35,354 nucleotides of DNA from a virus. Lineage: Duplodnaviria > Caudoviricetes. Shown piece after piece: positions 9,152 through 17,751 of the stretch. Position 1 is the stretch's first letter. The number at the start of each line of letters is the position of its first letter. The translations under genes were made by a program, and so were the position numbers. The stretch is from the IMG/VR virus record IMGVR_UViG_3300005326_000038, positions 1-35,354 of that record; one strand, given 5' to 3'. The notes beneath the pieces are model-generated. The model made no database searches. It had not been told where the DNA came from and worked only from the letters and a program-made list of their open reading frames with translations.

Positions 9152-10069
9152 TTATGCTAAATCTTCGGTGGCTGATACGTCATGAATCTTCAAAATGGCT
9201 CTTGATGGATTCGTGAGTTTGTATCCTGATACGATTTCAACCTCAGCGACGACGCCGTTGTAACGTGGCATGCCATCCCAGATACCGACGACGTTAACCG
9301 ATGTTACTGCGGAGAATGCGTCATGATCGTACACGATGAATTCGAGAATGTCCGTGCCAGCTTGCCATGCGATGTTGGCCCCGGCGTTCGGTGTGGTGAG
9401 GTTTCCGGCTGCGCTTTGTAAATCTTCGTATTCAAATACGTTCAAGCCAGCAATACGGCCGACGTATGCATCACGTACGACTTCGTTGTCGAGATCAACT
9501 GAACGTTGGAATTCGTCTGATTTAAGCATGCAGCCATATACCGCTGGTGTGACGATGATAGTGTCTGGGTTGGCTTTCAAGTCTCTGAGCGCTTGGCGTG
9601 CATCGACGATAATGCCGTATACAGTGCTATCTGTACATGCAACGGTGATATTTTTAGCGAGTCTGACGTTCGGTTCATCAACGATGGCCGAAGCGGCTTC
9701 GATGTTCCACGCTGCTTTTACTTCTTGTACAGCGGTTTCAAGTTCAGCAGCCGCGATGCCGTACGCTACGGATGCGACTGTCGCACCGTAAATCTTACGA
9801 GCACGGTTAAATTGCTTGTTCAGAGAGATGGTGATAATGCTGTCTGCAACGACTGTTTCGTTGAAGTCAGCGCCCGGCACTGTGGCCGATACTGTGCCTA
9901 CGCCGGGTTTATGAACCATAATTTGACCGGCAGGCCCAATTTGGTATTTGTCAGTGAAACTCACGCCGGGCTGGAATACGTTACCGGCGAATAGATTCGG
10001 TTCGACTAGCGGTGAAAATTTATCGTCGACTGTGTGCCCTGTCGATGCTGGGTATAATAGATTTGCCAT
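9152..10069 (-). CDS. major capsid protein (HK97 fold)
   Basis: 305 aa after the scaffold; strong AGGGAGG RBS; motifs IIVTPAVYGCML and YVGRIAGLNVFE; downstream hairpin. Confidence 0.85.
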   Translation of the reverse strand: MANLLYPASTGHTVDDKFSPLVEPNLFAGNVFQPGVSFTDKYQIGPAGQIMVHKPGVGTVSATVPGADFNETVVADSIITISLNKQFNRARKIYGATVASVAYGIAAAELETAVQEVKAAWNIEAASAIVDEPNVRLAKNITVACTDSTVYGIIVDARQALRDLKANPDTIIVTPAVYGCMLKSDEFQRSVDLDNEVVRDAYVGRIAGLNVFEYEDLQSAAGNLTTPNAGANIAWQAGTDILEFIVYDHDAFSAVTSVNVVGIWDGMPRYNGVVAEVEIVSGYKLTNPSRAILKIHDVSATEDLA

Positions 10070-10088
10070 GATTTAATCCTCCTATGGA

Positions 10089-10595
10089 TTATTTTTTACT
10101 CTTGTAATATTTCCGATATCGTGGGTCGTTCGCCATATACGCTTCGGCTTCCGTCTTGTCGCTTGGCGGCGTCGTGTTTTTCGGGTCCTGTAGCCCTACT
10201 TTAATCACGCCGTTCCCTTTCAATATCGGGTATTTCTTAATAACGCTTTCGAGTTTCGTCGGGTCGTTCCCCGCTAATTTCAGAGCGTCCTCGATGTTAT
10301 CGGGATGAATTCCCAACTGGCTCGCTTTCATCTTGCTCTCATATGCCAACTTCTCAGCCGCCCATGTTGCTTTCTCGGCTTTATATACAGCGAGTTCGTC
10401 TTGTGCTTTCTGTGCTTCGGTCTTCTGGCTATCGAGCAATTCTTTTACTTTCTTTAACCCCTCAGCCTCGAACACATTTACGCCAAGTTCCTTGGATAAC
10501 TCTTTCAGAATTTCCTGTCTTGACGCCTTCGGGTCCGCTGGTGCTGGTGTTGGTGTTACTACCTCCGGTACAATTACCGTGTTTACGTCTGGCAT
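10089..10595 (-). CDS. capsid scaffolding protein
   Basis: charged coiled coil, IKKYPIL motif, lies between portal and capsid. Confidence 0.75.
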   Translation of the reverse strand: MPDVNTVIVPEVVTPTPAPADPKASRQEILKELSKELGVNVFEAEGLKKVKELLDSQKTEAQKAQDELAVYKAEKATWAAEKLAYESKMKASQLGIHPDNIEDALKLAGNDPTKLESVIKKYPILKGNGVIKVGLQDPKNTTPPSDKTEAEAYMANDPRYRKYYKSKK

Positions 10596-10610
10596 TTTAT
10601 TCCTCCTATT

Positions 10611-11084
10611 TTAAGCCTGTCGGCTGTTAGAATTTATATCACGCACGAGCGACAGCCCTGCGATAATACCTACACTTAATAACTCGGTCGGCGCTACCAT
10701 CGTGCTCAGCGCCAGCGCTGCGAGCAGCGTCTGTCCTGCGTCGCCTGCGCCCTCGTACGGTGTGCGGACCGGCTCGACGTCGTCAGCGATATTGACAGCG
10801 CCCATCCTGTAATACGGCACGCCTGCGCGTCTGAGTTCCGTCCAGACAAATCGGCCCTTGCTCGATGCGTTGAGCAGGTCGTAATATCTGTCACCGCTCG
10901 TCGGGTATCCGTACGTCGCGCCCCCGTGAAATCTCACGATGAGCGTCTCGCCGTCCTTGGCTACCGCTGATACGTTGCTCGATACCACGCTACGAAATCC
11001 TCGGCGTGCGAGGTATTTGCTCTCGCCCTCGGTGTGCACGAGCCGTTGATATTTCCTGTTCTCGTTAAGCGCTTTCAGGGGCAT
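10611..11084 (-). CDS. KTSC-domain protein with hydrophobic C-terminus
   Basis: VSSNVSAV..DGETLIVRFHGGATYGY...YYDLLNASSKGRF matches the KTSC consensus. Confidence 0.8.
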   Translation of the reverse strand: MPLKALNENRKYQRLVHTEGESKYLARRGFRSVVSSNVSAVAKDGETLIVRFHGGATYGYPTSGDRYYDLLNASSKGRFVWTELRRAGVPYYRMGAVNIADDVEPVRTPYEGAGDAGQTLLAALALSTMVAPTELLSVGIIAGLSLVRDINSNSRQA

Positions 11085-12984
11085 CCGGCGTCACCGCCTC
11101 AGGTTTCTTCTTTTTATTTTCTGTTAACATCTTTCTTGCTTTTTCTTCCGGTATTTTCAAGAAAGTCATAAGCATTTCAAGTGCTGCCTCAAACGATAAT
11201 ACACCGTTATTGTAATTATCCACGATAGAAACTGCTGATTGAATTTGAGCGCCGTTTAATAAAGTATCTTCAACAGTACTCTGCTCCGGTGTAGCCTCCG
11301 GTGTAGTCTCCGGTGTGGCATTATCTACATCAACCTCTGGCTCGGCCTCAGTCTCCTGCTCGACCTCGATTATCTCGACGTCCTCATCTTCAAGCACCTC
11401 ATTATCAGCGAGGTTATCCGCCTGCAGTGCTGACATCTCGGCCTGCGAGATGCTGTTATAATTGTTCTCGAGTTTTATCCGCGCTGACATCGCATATTGC
11501 TCGCGTGCGGTCATGTTGTCGTGGACGTAGCGCACGCCACTGAGAATATCCCACGACGTGCCGAGTCCGTTGCGCACTTCCTCGGTGCGGTCGGCCTTGG
11601 ATTTGATGATGTAGTCGTTAAATGATACCTTGATATCGAACTCAGGCAGCGACGTCACGCCTGTGTTTATGAGATAAAATTCCAGTGTGATTTTCAAAAA
11701 CTCTTGCAGGAACTCAGTCCACATCTCGGCTTTTTTATTCCGTGTACGGATGCTGACTTTCTCGCGCTCCTGCTGTGACTGGTCTGACGCTGCGGTGCTC
11801 TCGAGCCCCGTCGCTCCGACCGTGAGTGGCGACAACCCCGCGTTGTTAAGCAGGTGCATCGCCCATACCTTGTATGACTCGAGGTGCTTCTCGACGCGCA
11901 CGTCACCTTGGTGATAGGATATTTTCTGCTTCTCGACGTTCTCGCTCGGCGAGTCAGCGAACAATATATGTTCCTTGACAAATCCGTCAGGGTACACGTA
12001 TTTACCGTCTGTGCCTTTTATCATGAGTTCTTCGGGGAAATATCTGTATAATTTCCCGTCGCGGAATTCCTGTATCCACGTCGATATAATCTCGTCGATG
12101 GCATCGAACGCGCCATACGATCCGGCGTAGTCGCTCTCACCGATAACCGAGTAACGGAACTCGCTGTTTGGTAATTTGTTAGCCTTATACATCGACAGGC
12201 GCTTATAATATCCGTCGAACGATATGCGTTTCAGGTCTCGCGTCTGCTCGAGTTCTTTTAACGATGCGAGTTTCCACTCGCCCTCGCTGGTCGAGAACAT
12301 CAACTCCTCGAGCTTATAGTCGATATACGAGCCCTTGCTGTCGACGCCGTATATCTCGCTCAACCTGAATTTACGGTTGCCCTTGTCGTAGTAGATGAAA
12401 AATATATCTTCCATGATGCGCCCACTCACGACGGTGTTCGTGTAATTCTCAGGTTCCCATACCTCGATTATCGGGTAGTCGCTCAGTGTCGGATTCCATG
12501 ATAGTTTTAGCGACGTGCCACCCGACCACGACTCGGTCTCGATAGCCTTGGCCAGTACCATGGATTTGAATTTGTTATCGGTGAGTATCTCATCGAGTTT
12601 CTCTTGCAAGCCCACCTCGTCGTCACCCTCGACAACGATATTGTATCCGTTGCTGATGAGCAGGTCAACCATCTTCTCGGATATCAACTGCGGAAATCCG
12701 CTATGTATCTTCCTGAAATTGGTGTCAACCTTCGCCCAAAAATAATTGAGCGACTCCTGCTGGCCCTTGCGATGAAATTTCGGTGCTTCCTTCGTGTAAA
12801 AATATTGTATGTCGGTCTCGATACCACTGTACCATACCGAGTTTTCAAGGATACGGCGCGTCAGGTGTTTATCGTTGTGTGTGTCATGCAATTCAACTAA
12901 CAGTGGATTATACTGCATCATGCTTGCGCCCCCTTTTTTATGTTCTGCAATTCTCTTATCAATTATCTTATCTAACCATTTCAA
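11065..12984 (-). CDS. portal protein (SPP1/A118-like) with acidic C-terminal extension
   Basis: follows TerL; portal motifs (GESDYAG, IDEIISTWIQEFRDGK, IKVSFND). Confidence 0.85.
   Translation of the reverse strand: MKWLDKIIDKRIAEHKKGGASMMQYNPLLVELHDTHNDKHLTRRILENSVWYSGIETDIQYFYTKEAPKFHRKGQQESLNYFWAKVDTNFRKIHSGFPQLISEKMVDLLISNGYNIVVEGDDEVGLQEKLDEILTDNKFKSMVLAKAIETESWSGGTSLKLSWNPTLSDYPIIEVWEPENYTNTVVSGRIMEDIFFIYYDKGNRKFRLSEIYGVDSKGSYIDYKLEELMFSTSEGEWKLASLKELEQTRDLKRISFDGYYKRLSMYKANKLPNSEFRYSVIGESDYAGSYGAFDAIDEIISTWIQEFRDGKLYRYFPEELMIKGTDGKYVYPDGFVKEHILFADSPSENVEKQKISYHQGDVRVEKHLESYKVWAMHLLNNAGLSPLTVGATGLESTAASDQSQQEREKVSIRTRNKKAEMWTEFLQEFLKITLEFYLINTGVTSLPEFDIKVSFNDYIIKSKADRTEEVRNGLGTSWDILSGVRYVHDNMTAREQYAMSARIKLENNYNSISQAEMSALQADNLADNEVLEDEDVEIIEVEQETEAEPEVDVDNATPETTPEATPEQSTVEDTLLNGAQIQSAVSIVDNYNNGVLSFEAALEMLMTFLKIPEEKARKMLTENKKKKPEAVTPDAPESA
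11285..11320. repeat. 12-bp tandem repeat x3 (ctccggtgtagy-like) encoding an ATPE/TTPE linker in the portal
   Basis: ctccggtgtagc ctccggtgtagt ctccggtgtggc. Confidence 0.8.
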
Positions 12985-14363
12985 CTCTCGTCACCGCCTG
13001 CGGGTTGTATCTTAACCATCTTGCTCAGATAATTCGCATGTCCGTACTCCACGGCATCCACGCGGTCCTTGTGTATGTGCACTGGGAACGCTCGAATTTC
13101 CGTCTTGCTCGTCTTGTCGTAATACGCCTTGGCGAACGACTCGTAGCATCGCACGGTGCGTGGTGTGAATAATAACCGCCCTTGGTCGAGCAGCGATATG
13201 CCCACGTCGACGCGCTGCGTTATCATGTATTTATACGCGTTATAACACCGCATATTAACCTGACGCTTCAGCCTGTCGTCCATCGTCAGGCGCATTATCT
13301 TGGCCGCGCTGTCGATAAATACACCCTTCATATACATCGAATATCGCTCGTAATACGGCATAAACCACTCGATAAATTTATTCCATATCTCGTCGTGGTT
13401 CGCATCCGCGAATTCCAGCATGTCAACCACGATGTGCTCGCGGTATCCTCGCGTGAACACGTTGAGCGTGAACACGTTATTATCCGTACCACCGACGTCC
13501 TGCCCCACGGTTATTATCTCGATGCCTCTCGGCTTCAAGAAATCTAAATCACCTGTCAGCATATCGAGCTGTATGATGTTGCGCGCCTTGTCCATGTAGT
13601 CGGCGTATATCGCACCCTCACGGATGCCACGTATACCGAGTATTTTCGTCTTCCACTGATATGAATTCTTCGGTGTGTTGTCTATCAGGTTCTTGCGCTC
13701 AGCGAGCGTCATGGACGGATTATCGTCGAACGTGAAGAAGTAATATCGGAACGCCGAGTTCGGCTCCTGCGTCTCTAATTCCTTCCACGTCTCGCGCGGT
13801 ATCTGTGATGCCCACTTAGCCAGCGGGCGCCCCTTGTTCATGTAGTCCGTATATACTGGAATGTCCGGATCGCCACCGTTGCACGACGCGTACATAAATC
13901 CGCCGTTACGGAACGTCCGTATAAATGCCTCGCTCACGAACTCGTCGTCCGCGATGTTAATTTCCTCGATGTTAAATCCGTGTATCGTCAAGCCCAATAT
14001 CGACTGCCAACGATTCTTATTATCATACCCGACCAGATATATTATCTTCGCCCGCCGTCCGCTAGCCCTCACGATGATGCGCGCACCACCCTGCCCAGCT
14101 GACGTGTACTCGCATATCGGCCTGAATATATTAAAAAATGATGCCTCGTTCTGTATGAACATGCGCTCCAGTACCGGTACACTCATGCCCGCAAGCACGA
14201 ACTGCGTCCGGTCGTCCGGCTCAGTTATCACCCGTAAAATGAACGCTATGCCAATAATAAACGACTTCGACGCGTTGGTAACGCCTTCGGCAAATATAAC
14301 CTGTGAGCGGTCCTTGATAATATCTCGGTGCTTCTCGAGCAGGATTACGTCATCGAGCGTCAT
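12981..14363 (-). CDS. terL: terminase large subunit
   Basis: deviant Walker A (GVTNASKS), Walker B FNIEE, FTFDDNP motif, nuclease GQDVGG...DSAA...DRVDAVEY. Confidence 0.9.
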   Translation of the reverse strand: MTLDDVILLEKHRDIIKDRSQVIFAEGVTNASKSFIIGIAFILRVITEPDDRTQFVLAGMSVPVLERMFIQNEASFFNIFRPICEYTSAGQGGARIIVRASGRRAKIIYLVGYDNKNRWQSILGLTIHGFNIEEINIADDEFVSEAFIRTFRNGGFMYASCNGGDPDIPVYTDYMNKGRPLAKWASQIPRETWKELETQEPNSAFRYYFFTFDDNPSMTLAERKNLIDNTPKNSYQWKTKILGIRGIREGAIYADYMDKARNIIQLDMLTGDLDFLKPRGIEIITVGQDVGGTDNNVFTLNVFTRGYREHIVVDMLEFADANHDEIWNKFIEWFMPYYERYSMYMKGVFIDSAAKIMRLTMDDRLKRQVNMRCYNAYKYMITQRVDVGISLLDQGRLLFTPRTVRCYESFAKAYYDKTSKTEIRAFPVHIHKDRVDAVEYGHANYLSKMVKIQPAGGDES

Positions 14364-15346
14364 GCCGTCGCCGTGCTCGTGCTCGCTACTGTGCTCTCAG
14401 CCGCGCGAGGTTGCCGTGCGAGCCTGCGGAGCCACTTACCGTACTCGGTGTACTGCTCCTCGGATTTGAAGCCTGACAGGCCGAATATCGAGCGCTCAGC
14501 CTTGCTCAGATACTCAGCGTCAACCAGCTTGTATAACTCGCGATAATATCTCGCCGACCACTCACGCACGTGCTTGACCTGCTTCGGTGCCTTGAGCATC
14601 GCCATGAGATATTTACGGAACAGGTACATCAAGCCCATCACGATGAAGAATTTTATACCATCATCGAGCGGCTGAGATTCCAGCACACGCTCGAACGCGT
14701 ATATCTTATTAACCACGTACCCGTCGATGGACTCGTTATATGCGTACGACTGATTATCAGTGCGTACGGTCGAGTCGTCGCGCCACTGCCAGAGATAGCC
14801 GAGGTCCTTGCTCATATAAATTTGCTCGTCCGCGTTGGCGTAGCACTGACACTGGGTGTTGAACCCCACGTCCTCGTTCGCCCGCGTCTCATTAAATCGG
14901 ATATTATGCCTGTCGAGAAACACCCGACGGTATAACTTACTGTGCATCCATACCATGTCGTTCTCGCGCAGGTGCAGGTTGTGGTCGTTCTTCTCTTCCA
15001 TAAAATTACAGCTCACGACCGCGATTTTATCGGTCATGTTCCTAGCCATATAATACAGTGACAGCGACGTCAGATACGTGTCGTCAGCGTCCACGAACGA
15101 TATGAACGGCTCGGTCGTGTGGTCGATACCATACTGGCGCGCGACGCCCGGCCCCACGTTCTCAGGTAGATAATATATCGTCGCTGGGAACACAGTCGTC
15201 ACATAGTCGTACGAGCCGACGGGCTCGCCGTCAACGACTAAATAAACAGAAAAATCGACATGACGTTGCATGGCGATCGAATGTAATGTATTTTTAATAG
15301 TGTCGTGCGCTTTATAAACTGGAACAATAACAGCGATATCACTCAT
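14360..15346 (-). CDS. GT2 (GT-A) glycosyltransferase, 328 aa
   Basis: true start is MSDIAVIVPVYK at 15346; motifs LVVDG, NVGPGVARQYG, FVDADD, KLYRR, NEDVGF. Confidence 0.9.
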   Translation of the reverse strand: MSDIAVIVPVYKAHDTIKNTLHSIAMQRHVDFSVYLVVDGEPVGSYDYVTTVFPATIYYLPENVGPGVARQYGIDHTTEPFISFVDADDTYLTSLSLYYMARNMTDKIAVVSCNFMEEKNDHNLHLRENDMVWMHSKLYRRVFLDRHNIRFNETRANEDVGFNTQCQCYANADEQIYMSKDLGYLWQWRDDSTVRTDNQSYAYNESIDGYVVNKIYAFERVLESQPLDDGIKFFIVMGLMYLFRKYLMAMLKAPKQVKHVREWSARYYRELYKLVDAEYLSKAERSIFGLSGFKSEEQYTEYGKWLRRLARQPRAAESTVASTSTATA

Positions 15347-15746
15347 TTTTATCCCCCAATTTATCAACGAACTTGTCGAGCGACGATCCGAAATCCCCGG
15401 CGCCGACAGCGAGTTCTTGTTTATCACGCCAGCCGAAGTTCTTGAGTGCGAATATATCCCCCGCTCGGCCGTAGTGCCGTAGCGATAATTCATAAGCGTG
15501 CTCGACCTTGAGCCGAGCCATCTCGGTAATGTTTTTAAATTCAGGTTTTTTGTTGTACTCGTAAAACGTATCCTTGTTAATGTTCAGATAAATACACAGC
15601 CCAGTAATGGTAATATCCTCGGTTGGTGTGGTGTCAAAATACTTATCAATTTTTTTGCTTAATTCGTCTGGGGTAAATAAAAATTTAGGTCCACATTTAT
15701 GGGGAGTAAGATTTGACTTTTTTTTTGAGTCGGTTATCTTAGTCAC
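15339..15746 (-). CDS. terS: terminase small subunit (P22 gp3/Sf6-like)
   Basis: TITGLCIYL HTH and IFALKNFGWRDKQE signature; AGGAG RBS. Confidence 0.85.
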   Translation of the reverse strand: MTKITDSKKKSNLTPHKCGPKFLFTPDELSKKIDKYFDTTPTEDITITGLCIYLNINKDTFYEYNKKPEFKNITEMARLKVEHAYELSLRHYGRAGDIFALKNFGWRDKQELAVGAGDFGSSLDKFVDKLGDKNE

Positions 15747-15788
15747 AAATCATCACTCCTTCTCATAATAATTGTAATACGGTAAATG

Positions 15789-16028
15789 TTAAAGCGCAAG
15801 AGAAATGTTATAAAAATAAGAGAAACCGCCGATGCGCTTATAAGGTAATAAGGTTTTAAGAGCGCGAGAGAACATAATTTTGCTCATTTTAATATAAACT
15901 AACTCTTGCGGTATTTTCAAAATAAATGCGTTGTAATCGTTATAAAGTTCAGTAGCAAGAGTTCTACCTAGTTTTTTCACGCACCGATGCTCGAGCCAAA
16001 ATTTGACCGCTGGGATAAAATCTTCCAT
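15789..16028 (-). CDS. stand-alone winged-helix DNA-binding protein, paralogue of the primase-helicase C-terminal domain (79 aa)
   Basis: start MEDFIPAVKFW at 16028; aligns by eye to the last ~85 aa of the 27053..29281 product. Confidence 0.75.
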   Translation of the reverse strand: MEDFIPAVKFWLEHRCVKKLGRTLATELYNDYNAFILKIPQELVYIKMSKIMFSRALKTLLPYKRIGGFSYFYNISLAL

Positions 16029-16047
16029 ATAAATCGCCCCCACAATT

Positions 16048-16076
16048 ATAGTATCATACCCATTCACAACAGTCAA
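16048..16076 (-). promoter_or_regulatory. sigma70/sigmaA-type promoter heading the late arm
   Basis: TTGACT-17 bp (ending GGTATGA, extended -10 TG)-TACTAT. Confidence 0.6.
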
Positions 16077-16096
16077 TAAAAATATAAAAGTTTATT

Positions 16097-16232
16097 TATG
16101 CACATTATGCACTTATTACATTCGAGTAGATAGTTTTAGTACTTTTTAATAACTTTCTTACGTATACATATACGCGTGTTGAAATATGAAAATGAGTAAA
16201 ACTATCACCTATCGTACGCATCGTATATGCAC
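16097..16232. other. origin-like non-coding element A (inverted repeat flanking an AT-rich/CGCGT core; TATGCAC x3)
   Basis: GATAGTTTTA (16129-38) / TAAAACTATC (16197-206); homologous to 31614-31718. Confidence 0.55.
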
Positions 16233-16236
16233 CTGA

Positions 16237-16263
16237 AAATAAAAAACCGCTAGATTTAGCGGT
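16237..16263 (-). terminator. intrinsic terminator ending the early arm
   Basis: accgcta-aatc-tagcggt followed by tttttatttt on the minus strand, at the VRR-NUC stop. Confidence 0.8.
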
Positions 16264-16591
16264 CTGTTGGTTGGTCGGTTAAAATTGGTAAAATAGCATG
16301 GAATTCCGCGATGTTGTAAATAACGTAAACGGCGAAGCCCCGCGAGCGTAATTCCGCATGTAAATCGAGCTGTACCTGAGTTGGCTTGCGCGGATGTATC
16401 TTGGTCTCGACGAACATAATCCTGCCCCCACGGCCTAGGAGCATGAGATCGGGGAAACCGACGGGCAGGCCGGTCGAGAACATCGTGCCGTCAGCGGTGA
16501 GCACCGAGCCGACGTTGACCTTCCAAGCGATGATATCATGCTCGCCACACACGAGGCGTATCTCGTTACCTAGCCGGTGCTCGGGGGTCAT
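16256..16591 (-). CDS. VRR-NUC domain nuclease
   Basis: EHRL...GLPVGFPDL...MFVETK...PTQVQ...RGFAVYV. Confidence 0.9.
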   Translation of the reverse strand: MTPEHRLGNEIRLVCGEHDIIAWKVNVGSVLTADGTMFSTGLPVGFPDLMLLGRGGRIMFVETKIHPRKPTQVQLDLHAELRSRGFAVYVIYNIAEFHAILPILTDQPTDR

Positions 16592-16848
16592 AGTGCAGGT
16601 ACCCCGACCCAGTCAGCCGAGCGAGCGAGGTAGGCCACGCGCTCACCCACAGGGATGTTGTCATAGATGGTCGCGCCGCGCATATATGTCACGTGTCCCT
16701 CAGTGCTGATAATAAGCCCACCACGCGTGTTGAACGGTTGCATGATCGTGCGTATCTCGTCGTACGGCTTGCCAGTCGCTAGCGCGAGCGCATCACACCA
16801 GCAGTCGGACGGGTTGGTGTTATGCCTTGGTACGAATTTTATATTCAC
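16588..16848 (-). CDS. small Cys/His protein, papain-like peptidase-type motif, possibly internally shortened
   Basis: likely GTG start at 16848 behind GGGAGG; DCWCDALALATGKPYDEI ... GHVTYMRGATIYD. Confidence 0.5.
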   Translation of the reverse strand: MNIKFVPRHNTNPSDCWCDALALATGKPYDEIRTIMQPFNTRGGLIISTEGHVTYMRGATIYDNIPVGERVAYLARSADWVGVPAL

Positions 16849-17035
16849 GCACAGTCGCCTCCCTCGCCGCAGCGCGCCTAGCACGCTCGCGCTCGTGATA
16901 TTTACGTCGCTGTGACACGACATGCTCACGCTGACGCTGCAGGCGCTCAGCGATGTTCATATACGCGGCGCGGTATGGTGTGGAGGTCACGGACGAACTA
17001 CTGTCAGCGGCGTATCTCATCTCGTTGATGTTCAT
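16820..17035 (-). CDS. hypothetical basic helical protein (71 aa)
   Basis: GAGG RBS; coupled to neighbouring genes. Confidence 0.55.
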   Translation of the reverse strand: MNINEMRYAADSSSSVTSTPYRAAYMNIAERLQRQREHVVSQRRKYHERERARRAAAREATVREYKIRTKA

Positions 17036-17394
17036 TTAGTAGCCTCGTGGATGTTGCCGACGAGTTCAAAATATGGTGATAAAGGCATATTGTGTCCGCC
17101 TTCAAATTCAACATAAATACAGTTCTCATCTTGCTTAACTTCCAGTGGTTTTGACCAGTAGTTGAACATAACCAAGTCGCCAACGTAAACGTCTTTACCG
17201 TTCTTGTCTTGCTTCCAGAATTGTTCAAGAATCATGTCGTGATTGTGATACTCATTTCTGTCATACGCAATGTCCACTATATCGCCAGTAAGATGCAAAA
17301 CCATGCAACAATTATCTGTTTTTCGAATGTCGCTATCATAATAAAAGGTTTTCTCGATCGTGTCCCATACGCGAAACTTAATCTCTCTTGCCAT
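17032..17394 (-). CDS. YopX-family protein
   Basis: REIKFRVWD...DKNGKDVYVGD...ELVGNIHE. Confidence 0.9.
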   Translation of the reverse strand: MAREIKFRVWDTIEKTFYYDSDIRKTDNCCMVLHLTGDIVDIAYDRNEYHNHDMILEQFWKQDKNGKDVYVGDLVMFNYWSKPLEVKQDENCIYVEFEGGHNMPLSPYFELVGNIHEATK

Positions 17395-17749
17395 CTTCGT
17401 CCACCTCGCTATTCGGATCGGCGTGTCCGTGCGCCTCGTAGAAACAGCCTATTAGCGTGATGAGATGAGGGGGTAATGGAATTAATATTTTAATATCTCG
17501 TCCAATATCGTATTTCATAATAATCACCTTATTGCCCTCATAAAATTTATTGTTTCTAAAAACCAAATTAGAATTTGGAAATTCCTCTTTTATCGCCTCG
17601 CACACCTCGTCCGCCGTTGGGGACGTGAGGGATCGGCGTAATAGTTCATATTCTTCTTTGAAAACGGATTTAATAGTTGCTTCGCCATAATCGTTTAAAC
17701 CTCTATTGCCAATAATTTCTAACGCCTGTATCGCTGTCATGTCGGGCAT
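17378..17749 (-). CDS. hypothetical protein (123 aa)
   Basis: RBS and coupling to neighbours. Confidence 0.65.
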   Translation of the reverse strand: MPDMTAIQALEIIGNRGLNDYGEATIKSVFKEEYELLRRSLTSPTADEVCEAIKEEFPNSNLVFRNNKFYEGNKVIIMKYDIGRDIKILIPLPPHLITLIGCFYEAHGHADPNSEVDEDGKRD

Positions 17750-17751
17750 GG

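Noticed and set aside
14270-14295. Deviant TerL Walker A (GVTNASKS) as a sign of inactivation
   Set aside because: The Lys-Ser, Walker B and nuclease acidic residues are intact, and terminase P-loops are often deviant.
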